From positions 173,166,001 to 173,230,000 of the forward strand of contig OZ024740.1 of assembly GCA_964016885.1 (NCBI GenBank): a DNA stretch of 64,000 bases, in the 5' to 3' direction. Each line of letters begins with the position of its first letter. The first letter of the stretch is position 1. Shown piece by piece: positions 52,009-64,000 of the stretch. The position numbers and the translations under genes are program-made. This stretch comes from Eledone cirrhosa (Eukaryota). The notes under the pieces are model-generated. The model was not told the DNA's origin, searched no databases, and saw only the letters and a program-made list of their open reading frames with translations.

Positions 52009-52989
52009 ATGTCAACTCTCCTCGTCAGATGGGGAAATCTCTTTGGGGTGGGTGAGAGATGTCTTCTCTTGTGAAAATGGGTATAGCTTTCATTATGTAA
52101 AATCTCCCCATTTTACCTCATTTCTCCCCGTTTTGGGGCACATTTTTTCATGGTACTCCCCGTTTGAGTTTTTAGAGGCTGGAAGGTCTGCTTCATAGAA
52201 GATAGAAGCAAGTAACGGAAATATATATATACAGAGAGTAGAAGAAAGATCGAATTTGATTCTTGTATGAATGAAAAAAAATGAATACCTGTTTCGTAGT
52301 TTCTGATATAGGCTGGTGTTTACCTTTATATATTTGCATACCGCCGAGAAATAACATGTTTAAGTTTTAAGTTGAATACTCCACATTGTATATTGTAGTT
52401 GTATCATTACCACGCTAATTATGTTTATCTCCTATCTGCAGTCCTTTTTAAATATAAATGATATTATCATCTGCCATGATCAACGTTGCCTTTTATCCTT
52501 CCGGAATCGATGAAATAAAGTACAAGTCAAGTACTGGGGTTGATTTAATCCAATGTGCTCCCCCCCCCCCCACACACACACACACAAAAATAAATCTGCT
52601 GGTTTTATACCTGGATTAGAAATGAATATTGTATAGAATGGTTTAATATATGCGATATTATTGTTTTGTAAACAAGACACTAGAAACGTATGACTAGTTG
52701 CAAAAAATAAATAAAATAAAATAAAATATAATAAAATATAATAAAAAATAAATAAAGACGTATATGTGCGGAAAATAAACCAACTTCATGTTGTCCAAGT
52801 TTTTTTTTTTATTTTATTTTTATGCAATCTTTCTTTTATGTATTGTATGTTTCTCACTGGTGGTGATTACCAGTTGATGTATATCTTTAACAACGAAAAT
52901 TCTAGCAATTTACTCTATTTCTTGAACATCATCTTCTTCGCTCACTTATTCCTGAGAGGGTCGTGGGGTGGGGGGTGATGAAGAGTCCT

Positions 52990-53178
52990 CAAACACTCCT
53001 TCTAGCAGGTCCATCTCCAAGCGTGACCAGCCAAGCTCATGGATGTTATCCAACCATCTAGCTCAGAGTCTATCCCTGGGTCTCCTGCCGATTCGTTTTG
53101 TACGTAAAATCTGTCCAGCGATTCTTTCCTGAGTCATTTTAACCATATGCCCATAGTATCGGAGCTGTGATCTTCAAC
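52990..53178 (-). mobile_element. RTE-clade LINE 3' fragment
   Basis: Minus strand RSQLRYYGHMVKMTQERIAGQIL...GRRPR....RWLDNI. Confidence 0.7.
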
Positions 53179-54751
53179 ATGTGCATGGAAAAGAAACATT
53201 CTTCCTCTCTTTTAATTTTTTTAATAAAATATAACTAGAACTTTGCTTTATAAAATAAATCGCACAGCCTACTTCGGTTATACTATATTAATATCAAGGC
53301 ATGGATTAATGGGAGTTGTTACATTCAGAACTTTACGAGAGTATTAGTGGCGTACGAGAAACAGCTGCAATCGAGAAAGAGACCTAGATCACCTGTAGCC
53401 CATCTCTCATAATCCTGTCGATCCTATAGTTTTCTTAGTTTCCATTCCGTGCATATCGGTCTGTTTTTTTGACAGTTTTAATAGCATATCAGTTTTTCTA
53501 TGAGAAGGGATAGCTAACCCCTCACTCAACCTTTCTCAATTTCTGGGGAAAGGATCACCGTGTCTGTACGACCCTTCTCACGGTGTAACGTAACAGATTC
53601 GAAGAGAGAGAGAATTGACTTTAGTACTTTATTTATTGAGGATGAAAGTTAATCTCAGTGGGATTTAAATTCAGAACGCAGACCACAAGACATTCTACCA
53701 TATGTTCCAACGCCAGTCCTCCGCCGTCTGTTTTATACTAATGCATCATCATTTTAAAACCAATATTTCATCTGTACTTCCTTTTTTTAAAACAGTAGTG
53801 TGCGATTTGAAGGAAATGCGACTGCTATTTCTATTAGGTCGTGTATCACGTTGAATTTCTTCCGTCGGTTTCGACAATGAGTGTTCTAATTGTTCGATTA
53901 ACAGAACAGTCTCCTCGAGAAATTAACGTACAAGAAGCTAAACATTTCATAGACAGTATACCCTTAACGTAATTCTCAGAGATAGTTAGCGTGACACAGT
54001 GTGCGACAAGGCTCCCCTTTGAATAACAGTTACAGTCCACCCGATGGGTTTCTAAACACCTTCCATCAACCCAATTTCACTCATAAGACTTGGGATTTTT
54101 TTTTTTTTTTTTTTACTTTAATTGAATCTATTTTTATTTTTTCCGTTCTTCGATAAATCAAAATCATTCTCTCTTATATACACCTATATACACCAGGTCC
54201 GAACACTAAAGCGCCAAACTCTCACTGTCTTTCCCGCTCTCCCCATCTCTTACTATTGTGAGCAAATTTAGACCCACGCGCTAGTCGCTCCATGACCCCG
54301 GGCGATAGAATAGCGTAGCGAGGGTTATGATAAATTACATTTGTCCTACATTTATGCAAGTAATGCCTTTATGAAAGGCAGGAACATCTCACATACTCAT
54401 TCCCGTTTATTATGAAACAATTATGAAATAATTGTTTCTACTTTTGGCACAAGGCCAGCAATTATCCAGTGTATTACTGGTACTTTATTTTATCGACCCC
54501 GTAAGGATGAAAGGCAAAGTTAACCTCGGCGGGATTTGAACTCAGAATGGCAAGAGTCGTAACTCTATGCGCCAAAGCATGGCGTCAGACCCTCTACCGA
54601 TACTGCCAATTCACCGCCCAAACAATTATGAAATAATTGTTTCTACTTTAGGCACAAGGCCAGCAATTACCCAGTGCATTACTGGTACTTTATGAAATAA
54701 TATATTCAATTAAGCAATCAAGTAAAAGTAGGTTTGTTCACACACATACGC

Positions 54752-54866
<115 letters not shown>

Positions 54867-55052
54867 TCCACGTGTAGTGAAGGAGATTTCTTGTTTAGGT
54901 GCCAAATTCTGGTAAGATAATATTTGTTGAAATTTTGAGTAAATCTTTTGAAATATTGACTCCAAAATTAGTCAAAGGAATTGAATCACTGGAGGCGGCA
55001 GCACAATAACAGCAGCAGGAGCAGCAGCAAGAAGAAGAAGAAGAAGAAGAAG

Positions 55053-55083
<31 letters not shown>

Positions 55084-55745
55084 CAAATAGCGGCAAGCAA
55101 GGATATCGCAATAAGTTTAAGATAAAAATCAACAGAGAAAGCAATTCACCTGAGAAATTTTGAAGCGTGGGATCAAGTTGGGGTGAGTTGTATCAAAGGA
55201 TTTGAATCTACTATCTTATAGTGTTGAATGATGATGATGATGATGATGACGATGTGGTAGGTAGTGGTATTACTGGTGTTGGCGGTAGCAGCAGCAGTGG
55301 TGATAATCATTGTTTTGAACTTTGATAGAATAAACCCTAGTCAAATTTATTTAAAATTGCTATATTATTGTTATAATTACCACTTAATCAAAGACAGGGC
55401 ATGGGCAGCGACCTGACCGTACATTTTTCTCAGAGGCTTCGAGATTAGTGGAAGGAAAGGGAGGAAACTATCTTCGGATCAAAGACATAGTCGGAATTCT
55501 TGCAACAGAATGAATTTCTCATGAAGCAAACGAGGACCTAGCGATGGTCTCTCTCTCTCTCTCTCGCTCCCTCCCTCTCTCTGAGACAACGGGGCATAAT
55601 AACAATATGCTGGTACGATCGTCTCTGGGTGAAAAACATAAACGCACTTTTTTCTTCTCTGTTTTATTTTTCTCTGCTTTTTTCCTTAAAGCCTCTTGAA
55701 ATGTGTTTACCATCATTCCTTTGGTATACATCTATTATGCAATTT

Positions 55746-55803
55746 ACACCTGAAGATGTCACCGTGTTCTTACGCAACCTGGCCACTGAAATATGCATAG
55801 TGT
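55746..55803 (+). ncRNA. Type I hammerhead ribozyme-like motif
   Basis: ACAC-CTGAAGA-(imperfect stem II)-GAAA-TATGC-ATA-GTGT; palindromic stem III TATGCATA; AATAAA just downstream. Confidence 0.6.
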
Positions 55804-56083
55804 TTGTAGAAATAAATAATTAAGGAAATTCAACCTATTGAGCCTCCTGTCATTTTACTTTATCTATATATATATGTGTATATATATGTGTGTGTGTATA
55901 CATGAGTGCGTGAGTCTGTGTGTATGCACACATGTAGCCATAAATACTCACACAAACACACGCATCTACTGTCACACAAAGCAAAACTTAATGGTTCAAC
56001 AAATATACATCGATGAAATAAGTACTGCTTCATATTCGATACAGTCCAATGAGTGAAACCAGTAATAGAATTATTTACATTAC

Positions 56084-56173
<90 letters not shown>

Positions 56174-57172
56174 CACACACACACACACACACATGCATAC
56201 ACATATATATATATATTTATACATATACTTACGGTAAATGGGGTTGCGTATGCAACTCACCAATCAGTAAATAATTGTTTCTACATTTGGCACAAGGCCA
56301 ACAATTACCCAGCACATGATGCAATTTGATTCAAGCACTCAATGTCATGTCTTTTTTTTTAATTCCAAAGTTGTTTGCATATAGTATATGTTTGTCTTGA
56401 CACAAACCTACCCCCAACAAAATGTACCAAGACTAAACTAACCAAAAATACGCCTCACAAAATACAATTTCACAGTTAGATAAAAACAATATCAGAAAAA
56501 CCGTTAGTGCAAGAGATCCTTCAACGGGTATCTTAATCCACACAGTGTCAGAGACATGACACAATATATATTTTTTCTTATACAAACCTCCCCACCATCT
56601 AAATACAACAACCCTAAACAAGTCAAAAGCACACCACACAAAATACAATTACCTATAAAATTAAAATTAAAATATATCCACTATACATGTACTGGGAGAA
56701 CGAATTTCATCAGACTACAATTACCTTCATATCTAACATTTGTCGAGTTGTGATTGTGAATTGTGGTTACAATTTGCTTACAAACCAAACATTTAAGAGT
56801 TCAAGGCATTTAATTACTGGCAATTCTTTCTTCCCACGGTGATATACCACAGATAGCAAATCATTTTATTTAACGATTTGCCATTAGTGAACATAGACTG
56901 TGGGTGTCATCAGAGTTTAATAAAAATACTAATACAAGTCACTGGGGGAAAACGAACAGATAATATATACATATATCACTCATCAAAGTATCAAGATAAA
57001 AAAATTACAATTACAAATATAGTTAAAAAAAAACATCGTAGTCAAAAAAATATAGTGTCAGTTGTGTTAAAGGTTGTGTTTTCTAGAATGAATTGGAATT
57101 TATATTATTTTAAATTTGCGCTCTGGGCAGACTGCTGGTAGTTTGTATAGTTTTATATATAATATATATATA

Positions 57173-57552
57173 TATCAAAATGAAAATCCGAAGGCAAAGT
57201 AAAATTCAAATCATTTAATCACGACACATGTTTCAATAAGAGATAGATCGATTGTGAAACCATGATCGATTATCACTGATCTCATCAGGTGAAAATGAAA
57301 TGTCTTCAAATTCTTGATATGAGGGAGAAAAATAACGATGTTCTCTCACAGAATTCATTCCCTCATATGAATTCTGTGAGAGAACATCGTTATTTTTCTC
57401 CCTCATATCAAAAATTTGAAGACATTTCATTTTCACCTGATGAGATCAGTGATAATCGATCATGGCTTCACAATCGATCTATCTCTTATTGAAACATGTG
57501 TCGTGATTAAATGATTGGAATTTTACCTTGCTTTCGGATTTTCATTTTGATA
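57173..57552. repeat. Near-perfect palindrome, 186-bp arms, 8-nt spacer
   Basis: Arms 57173-57358 and 57367-57552; 5 mismatches counted by eye; explains the mirrored ORFs 57233-57436(-) and 57289-57492(+). Confidence 0.97.
57434..57505 (+). ncRNA. Type I hammerhead ribozyme motif (mirror copy 57220-57291 on minus strand)
   Basis: CAC-CTGATGA-(extended stem II GATCAGTGATAATCGAT / ATCGATCTATCTCTTATT)-GAAA-C-ATGT-GTC-GTG; predicted cleavage after 57502. Confidence 0.72.
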
Positions 57553-57736
57553 CTTCTACTCCGTTTTACATCATCTAGCTGTTCCCTTGAATGGAATTGG
57601 AGATATACAAAAGCGTGGAGAACTTAATATTGCTAACATAAAGTTATTGGACCATTTTACACATTTAATATATATATAAGTTGAAAAAAATGAAAACGAA
57701 ATTTCATTTCTCACTCTTAGTATGGCACTTACTTAA

Positions 57737-57793
57737 ATGTAAGTATGTATGTATACGTACATACATATATGTATACAGACGTACAGTAGCATG

Positions 57794-57859
<66 letters not shown>

Positions 57860-58340
57860 CATACAGGTACACATACATATATGCACGCATCAGTTTAGCG
57901 GACGCTTATTATAACGCCGCTTTGTTCGTTTGTAAACAAACTGAACAGCCTGAATTTATGCCATACGGTGTTAAGGCAACCACGTCACCTTTTTGTTCAA
58001 CACTGACACAGGAACGATGTACTAGTTACAAGCTTGTTAGCTATCATCAGCACCGTATACCCATCTGCCAGATAGTTGAACGTTAATTTTCATAAGGAAA
58101 GTATATACTTTCAGACGTTCAACCATCTGGCAGGAAGGTATACGATGCTGACGATAGCTAATAAGCTTGAAACTAGTACATCGTTCCTGTGTCAGTGTTG
58201 AACAAAAAGGTGACGTGGTTGCCTTAACACCGTATGGCATAAATTCAGGCTGTTCGGTTTGTTTACAAACGAACAAAGCGGCGTTATAATAAGCGTCCGC
58301 TAAACTGATGCGTGCATATATGTATGTGTACCTGTATGTA

Positions 58341-58392
<52 letters not shown>

Positions 58393-58444
58393 CATGCTAC
58401 TGTACGTCTGTATACATATATGTATGTACGTATACATACATACT

Positions 58445-58449
<5 letters not shown>
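57737..58449. repeat. Near-perfect inverted repeat, about 340-bp arms including (TA)n, 31-nt spacer
   Basis: Arms 57737-58083 and 58115-58449; spacer holds its own palindrome GAAAGTATATACTTTC. Confidence 0.96.
58143..58183 (+). ncRNA. Minimal type I hammerhead ribozyme motif (mirror copy 58015-58055 on minus strand has GAAA>GTAA)
   Basis: CGATG-CTGACGA-TAGCTAATAAGCTT-GAAA-CTA-GTA-CATCG; palindromic stem III ACTAGT; predicted cleavage after 58178. Confidence 0.75.
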
Positions 58450-58501
<52 letters not shown>

Positions 58502-60859
58502 TATATATATATGTAAGTATGCACACGTACACACATACACATATACATATGTACGTATGGGTTATATCGAACATTAATAATAATGTTCGATTCGTTTGTA
58601 AACAAACGACCCGATTTGAAGTTGTGCCATGTCGGTGTGTACGTGTGCATACTTATATTTATGTATCAGCTGTGCCAGGACGAGAAATAAAATTTTAATT
58701 TTATTATTAATATTCGGCAAGGCCAGCCGTAACTCGCTCGTTATGAAGAGATAGAGCGCGGGATGAGTACAAACATACCAAAGCTATTTGATAAGTATAC
58801 GTGTGTATGTGTTTAAATGTTTCCTTTCTTTCTTTTTTTTTTTTGTTGGTGTCACAAATAATTGTTTCTACGTTAGGCACAAGGCCAGCAATTACCCAAT
58901 GCATTACTGGTACTTTATGTTATCGACCCCGTAAGGATGAAAGGCAAAGTCAACCTCGGCGGGATTTGAACTCAGATCGTAAAGGGACGTAACTATGCTG
59001 GAAAGCATGGCGTCCGACCCTCTACTGATACTGCCAATCTGGTGTGACAAATAATTGTTTCTACTTTAGGCACAAGGCCAGCAATTACCCAGTGCATTAC
59101 TGGTACTTTATTTTATCGACCCCGTAAGGATGAAAGGCAAAGTCAACCTCGGCGGGATTTGAACTCAGATCGTAAAGGGACGTAACTATACTGGAAAGCA
59201 TGGCGTCCGATCCTCTACCGATCCTGCCAATCCACCAACTGGTGTGACAAATAATAATCAATAAATTGATATATGATCCAGTAAGGTTTTCTTATTTATG
59301 CTATTGAGAAATACAATATCTGTGTAATTGTGTCAATAAATATTTGTTCCAAATATAAACGTTGCTACTAAAATTTCAACAGCTGTACACTTAAATCCTA
59401 CAATAACATTTCAGGAACAAGTCATTCAACCTGCTAGAAATAACAACCAAATCCCTCTCAAATCACACCCTACTATCTTATATATATATGGGGTCGGGAA
59501 CACGCAGCTTCGATGCTGCATGTAACTCTATTGCTGACCTTCCAACCTCTAAAAACCCGAATGGGGAGCACCATGAAAAAAAGTGCCTTAAAACGGGGAG
59601 ATTTTACGTAATGAAATCTATACCCATTTTCACAAGAGAATATATCTTTCACCCACCCCAAATTGGGTGGGAGATCTCCCCGTTCGACAGGGAGAGTTGA
59701 CCTATCTTGATATGACTCTTGAACGTGCTGAAATTTACTGTTTTTATTTATTTGTATTAAAATAAAAGCCACGACTTAAAACTTGGATATTGAAGCCAAA
59801 TATTACATTGAGTAAAAAGAAAAACGATAGCTAAATTCACGTTGTCGTATATTATTTTGTTTATAATAAATTATACGGCTCCGATAATCCCAATTTTTCT
59901 TTTTTTTTATAAGGTAAAAATGGCTCTTGAGATAGAAAAATGTTCCCACTTCCTGTTATGTAAGAACAGGACACACTAATTAATGTAGTCCTATATATTT
60001 TTTATAAGATGGCCTCTGCTCGAATGCCGACTCGATTAGTGTTGAATTATGAATAAACAACAACTTTTCGAGGGAGCCTCTTTATGGTTGCTTGTCCTCC
60101 TAGAAATAGAGACCAAATCCACCCTTCAACCTCAAATAATACGCTATCAGCTTAAGACTTGAAGAACACATTGTTACGACTGGAATGCCTTTGATTGCAG
60201 TTTTGCGCAGTCATGTTGTAAACAACAGTATAGTTTCAGCTAGACGGATATGATTCATTTGAGAGGTGTTTCCTTACATAGCTTTTACGTTCAACTCCTA
60301 TCTGGTAATATAGTTTAGAGGTCGATGAGATCCGTCGATCAAAATTCATCTAAATATACTATATGAAGAAGACCTTATGAGTAACTCTACGGCTCAATAG
60401 GCAATGGATCTTAATGCTATAAGTACCATGGCCAACAATTGTTGAAGCTAGTTGGGTTAGTAGCTAAGCATTCTACTCAGTGTTACATACAATAGCTAAG
60501 TAGGAGAATTCACACCCGACTGTACACAACTTGTAGGGTTTTAGTATACAACCAAAGTGAACAACCAAACAATTAGCCAAATATCCGTGTCCCACCACTG
60601 GCATTGTTCTGTGTTCAAGGTCAAGCATCTATCAACGCACAGGCGTTAATAGAAATGTATTATGAACAGTAGGTTAGGAACATTGCTGTACACAATGGGA
60701 ATACTGTTTTATTAACGAGTTATTTCATTGATCGGGGGCGGTGGAATAGGGGACAGGGGGTAGACATGCCCCCCCCCCCCCATTCAATAATTATATTTTT
60801 ATCCCCAAACTACCAAAACATATCAATTTGTATATGCGTTACAATTTATGTACATGTTA

Positions 60860-61985
60860 TATAGAGATAGATGGAAGAGATAGATATAGATATAGAAAGA
60901 GGGAGGGTTTGGTGGTAATTAATATAGAGAGCAAGGTTGGGAGAGAGTGTTGCATATTAGATATTTTTTGTTGTTAATTGATATGTTGTTAATTGATGTG
61001 GAAGAGAGTTCCGTGTAGTAGATATAGAGAGGGGGATTGGAAAAGAGTTCCGTGTAGTAGATATAGCGAGAGGGAGAGTTTGGTGATAATTGATATGGAG
61101 AGGGGAATTGGAAGAGAGTTCCGTGTAGTAGATATAGAGAGGGGGAGAGTTTGGTGTTAATGAATAGAGTGAGAGGATAGATAGAGATAGATATTGAATG
61201 ATATAGAAAGGGGAGTAGTTTGGTAGGAGAGGGAATGAAAGAGAGTGTTGTATGGTAGATATAGAGAGGGGGATAGTTTGGTGATAATTGATATAGAGAG
61301 AGGGGGTTGGGAGAGAGTTCCGTGTAGTAGATATAGAGAGGGGGAGAGTTTGGTGTTAATTGATATAGAAGAGTATTGGAAGAGAGTTCTTTGTAGTAGA
61401 TAGAGAGAGGGGGAGTTTGGTGCTAATGGATATAGAGAGGGGGGTTGTAAGAGTGTTCCGTGTAGTAGATATAGAGAGGGGGAGAATTTAGTGTTAATTT
61501 ATATAGAGAAGGGGTTTGGGAGAGAGTATTGCATGGTTGATGTAGAGAGAGGGAGAATTTGGTGGTAGGATTGATAGAGATAGGTACTGTTAGATATAGA
61601 GAGGGGGAGAGTTTGGTGGTAATTGATATAGAGAGGGGGATTGGGAGAGAGAGTGTCGTGAGGTAGATATAGATAGAGAGGGGTAGATCTCAATGTTTGT
61701 AGATATAATTAAAGGGTTGGGAGAGATAAATATTGCTAAATATATAGAGGAGGACTGGGTGAGGCGTTGTCGTATAAGATATAGAGGGGGTACTTTGTGA
61801 TGGATAGAGAGAGAAATATTACGACAGAGTGTGATAGAGATGGTGATGGGGAAAGTTTGGAGATGATTAATATAAAGAGGGAGATTGGGAGTGTGATTGG
61901 TATGTTAGATATAGAGAGGGGCAGAGTTCAGGGGTGATTGATATAGAGAAGGGGAGAGTTTGGTTGTAGTAGATACATAGAGATG
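60860..61985. repeat. Purine-rich minisatellite, alternating about 35-40-bp subunits
   Basis: Repeating GGAAGAGAGTTCCGTGTAGTAGATATAGAGAGGGGGAGAGTTTGGTG.TAATTGATATAGAG. Confidence 0.9.
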
Positions 61986-62182
61986 AGGAGTCCCAAAAGT
62001 CAATACCGAAGTAGAGTTTGAATATTCATTTATTATGGCTAAGTGATGAGCCTTGTTACTCTGGAGTCTCACCTGGATACTGGATACATCAGACAAGACT
62101 GGTGTTCCTGTGAGTGCGCAGGTGAAACTTTAGAGTAACAAATCTCACGAATAGCCATAAGAAATGAATATATATAAATATA

Positions 62183-62976
62183 AAATATAAATATTTACAC
62201 ATACACCAATTAAACAGTTACAGGTATATATGTGTTTTTTGCAACTTTTCACGTTGCGGCTCAATTATCAAATAATTCTCTGGACATGCTTTACTCTAGT
62301 ATTCCGCTCTGATTAATTTATTAATTCTCCATTGATCCACAACGTGAAAAGTTTCAAAAACACATAAATACCTGTAACTGTTTAATTGGTGTAAATATTT
62401 ATATTTAATAATCTCCCATAAGGTTGAGATAAAAATCTGGGCGATATTGGGCTGCGCTTTCTAGCAACCAACCCAATCGCCGTAAGCAACCAATCACACC
62501 CTTCCTGACTTGACCACTGCCACGTCACAGTTCTCAACCATTTTGAATTCGTGTTTGGCGGGGGTCACTTCGGAAAATAATATATCTAGCGAGTTTACCC
62601 CCTGAAGAGCTCTAAACTCGAGTATGAACCTTAAATAAGGTATCTCAAAAGAGAGCGAAACCCATGGGTCGGGATTTAGTGATTTAATCCTGGTATGTAT
62701 ATAAGCATTTCTAACATTAATTTTTACCTAATTATGTATGGTTGACCGTGTATTTAATTAATTTCCACATGCTGTCGAAACGTTGGGTAGATGCTCTATA
62801 GCAGTTGCACGCGAAGACGCCGCGATGGTGTATCTATTTACTGTTTCTTCATAGATGCCTTTAATTCTTATAGCCTGGTCTAATTGATTTTTTGTGTAGT
62901 TAATTGTGCTGATTAGGAGTAGAGATGATGTATATATATTATCAAATAATTCTCTGGACATGCTTTACTCTAGTAT
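62183..62976 (+). mobile_element. Non-coding Penelope-like/retrozyme element: 5' inverted segment plus 674-bp monomer with 39-bp terminal redundancy and a central HHR
   Basis: Inverted arms 62183-62265 / 62331-62406; direct repeat ATTATCAAATAATTCTCTGGACATGCTTTACTCTAGTAT at 62264-62302 and 62938-62976; TA-rich flanks. Confidence 0.7.
62599..62673 (+). ncRNA. Canonical type I hammerhead ribozyme
   Basis: CCC-CTGAAGA-GCTCT...AGAGC-GAAA-CCCATGG-GTC-GGG; all core nucleotides intact; predicted cleavage after C62670. Confidence 0.9.
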
Positions 62977-63341
62977 ATATAAATATATATATATTTCCTC
63001 GCTAACATTCGCACGGCCAAGATGTGTCTTTGCCTTCTCGTCAATATTCGCACGTTTTTATGTTCAAAATGAATCATTGACTTGATTTTTCTCATTTTTT
63101 CCTCTCTTTACGTTGCCTCACCATTCGTATTTATTTACCTGTCTCTCTTTTTCCACCCAACTCTTTTTATCCCAATAACTTAATTTAGTTATTGTATTGC
63201 CCTAGCCGGAGGTATATGGTCTGTAATGCGAAGAAATACCTATGATGGCTAGTAGACCACTGATGATGGATAGTCCTGGCTTCTATTTCTAATTCTTTAT
63301 TATATATATCATATTTGCGACAACACAGCTCGCCATTTTTC

Positions 63342-63409
<68 letters not shown>

Positions 63410-64000
63410 GAGGAAATAGGAAGAAATTGGGTATAATACCAGTTTATTACCAATATATTAACCCCTTAAGAAAGGCTACAGTGCCCAATTTTTTAAAATT
63501 ATATATATGTATACATACAGTGGCCGTGGAACTGGGACCCCCCCCCCCCCCCCCGCCGTAATAATAATATTTTTCTCTCTAAACTACCAAAACACACATC
63601 TATTTGGATATGTGCTACAATATATACACATGTTATCATTATCGCATATCAAAGCTTTCTGACCATTTTAGAATGCAAAGAGCTAACCTAATCACTACAA
63701 CGAAACCAAATTGATTAAGCTATAAAAATTAAAGAAAGTTATTTGATATATAGTTTTGCCCGGCTAGAGATACATGTTATATATATTGTTGATCCCACGT
63801 TCGTGATTTAATGAAGGTGTAGTTATTGGATAGCTCCGATGAAGTTTGTAATCTCTAAACCAGGATGTTATTTAATTAAGCCTATATCAGCCCTGATAGA
63901 GCTGACCTATAACCGAGTACATTTCAGCTAATAGTCTTCCTAGTACTGGCGCAATGCATTATCGAATGTCTAAACATTTCGAGCCTCCAATCTATAGGCA

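Noticed and set aside
57233-57492. Two near-identical 67-aa ORFs on opposite strands
   Set aside because: A by-product of the DNA palindrome; no recognisable protein features
60362-60402. ATGAAGA followed by a hairpin
   Set aside because: C3 and GAAA both missing; insufficient for an HHR call
63255-63290. CCACTGATGATGGATAGTCC, possible HHR 5' half
   Set aside because: No downstream GAAA or cleavage triplet; at best a truncated remnant

Overview
AT-rich, microsatellite- and SINE-dense eukaryotic DNA. The repeat complement suggests a coleoid cephalopod (Octopus-like); this is an inference. The left half holds one protein-coding gene on the + strand, ANKS3 (ankyrin repeats + SAM + coiled coil). 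I reconstruct it as 12 phase-compatible GT-AG coding exons (10646-35159, 2811 nt, 936 aa). Its introns carry a near-intact 5'-truncated CR1-clade LINE, SINEs and TTAA MITEs; two hAT MITEs lie upstream of it. The gene-free right part (about 44.7-63.3 kb) is the unusual region. It holds about eight sequence-unrelated type I hammerhead-ribozyme (HHR) motifs, ranging from textbook-perfect (62599-62673) to decayed. Five of them lie in or next to long inverted repeats that border (TA)n/(CA)n tracts. This is the architecture of non-coding Penelope-like elements / retrozymes. One element looks like a complete 674-bp monomer with terminal redundancy, a 5' inversion and promoter-like motifs. The same region holds composite non-autonomous Helitrons, including one with six stacked 5' termini whose empty insertion site is preserved in the opposite arm of a palindrome. 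All coordinates and folds were derived by eye; no searches were run.
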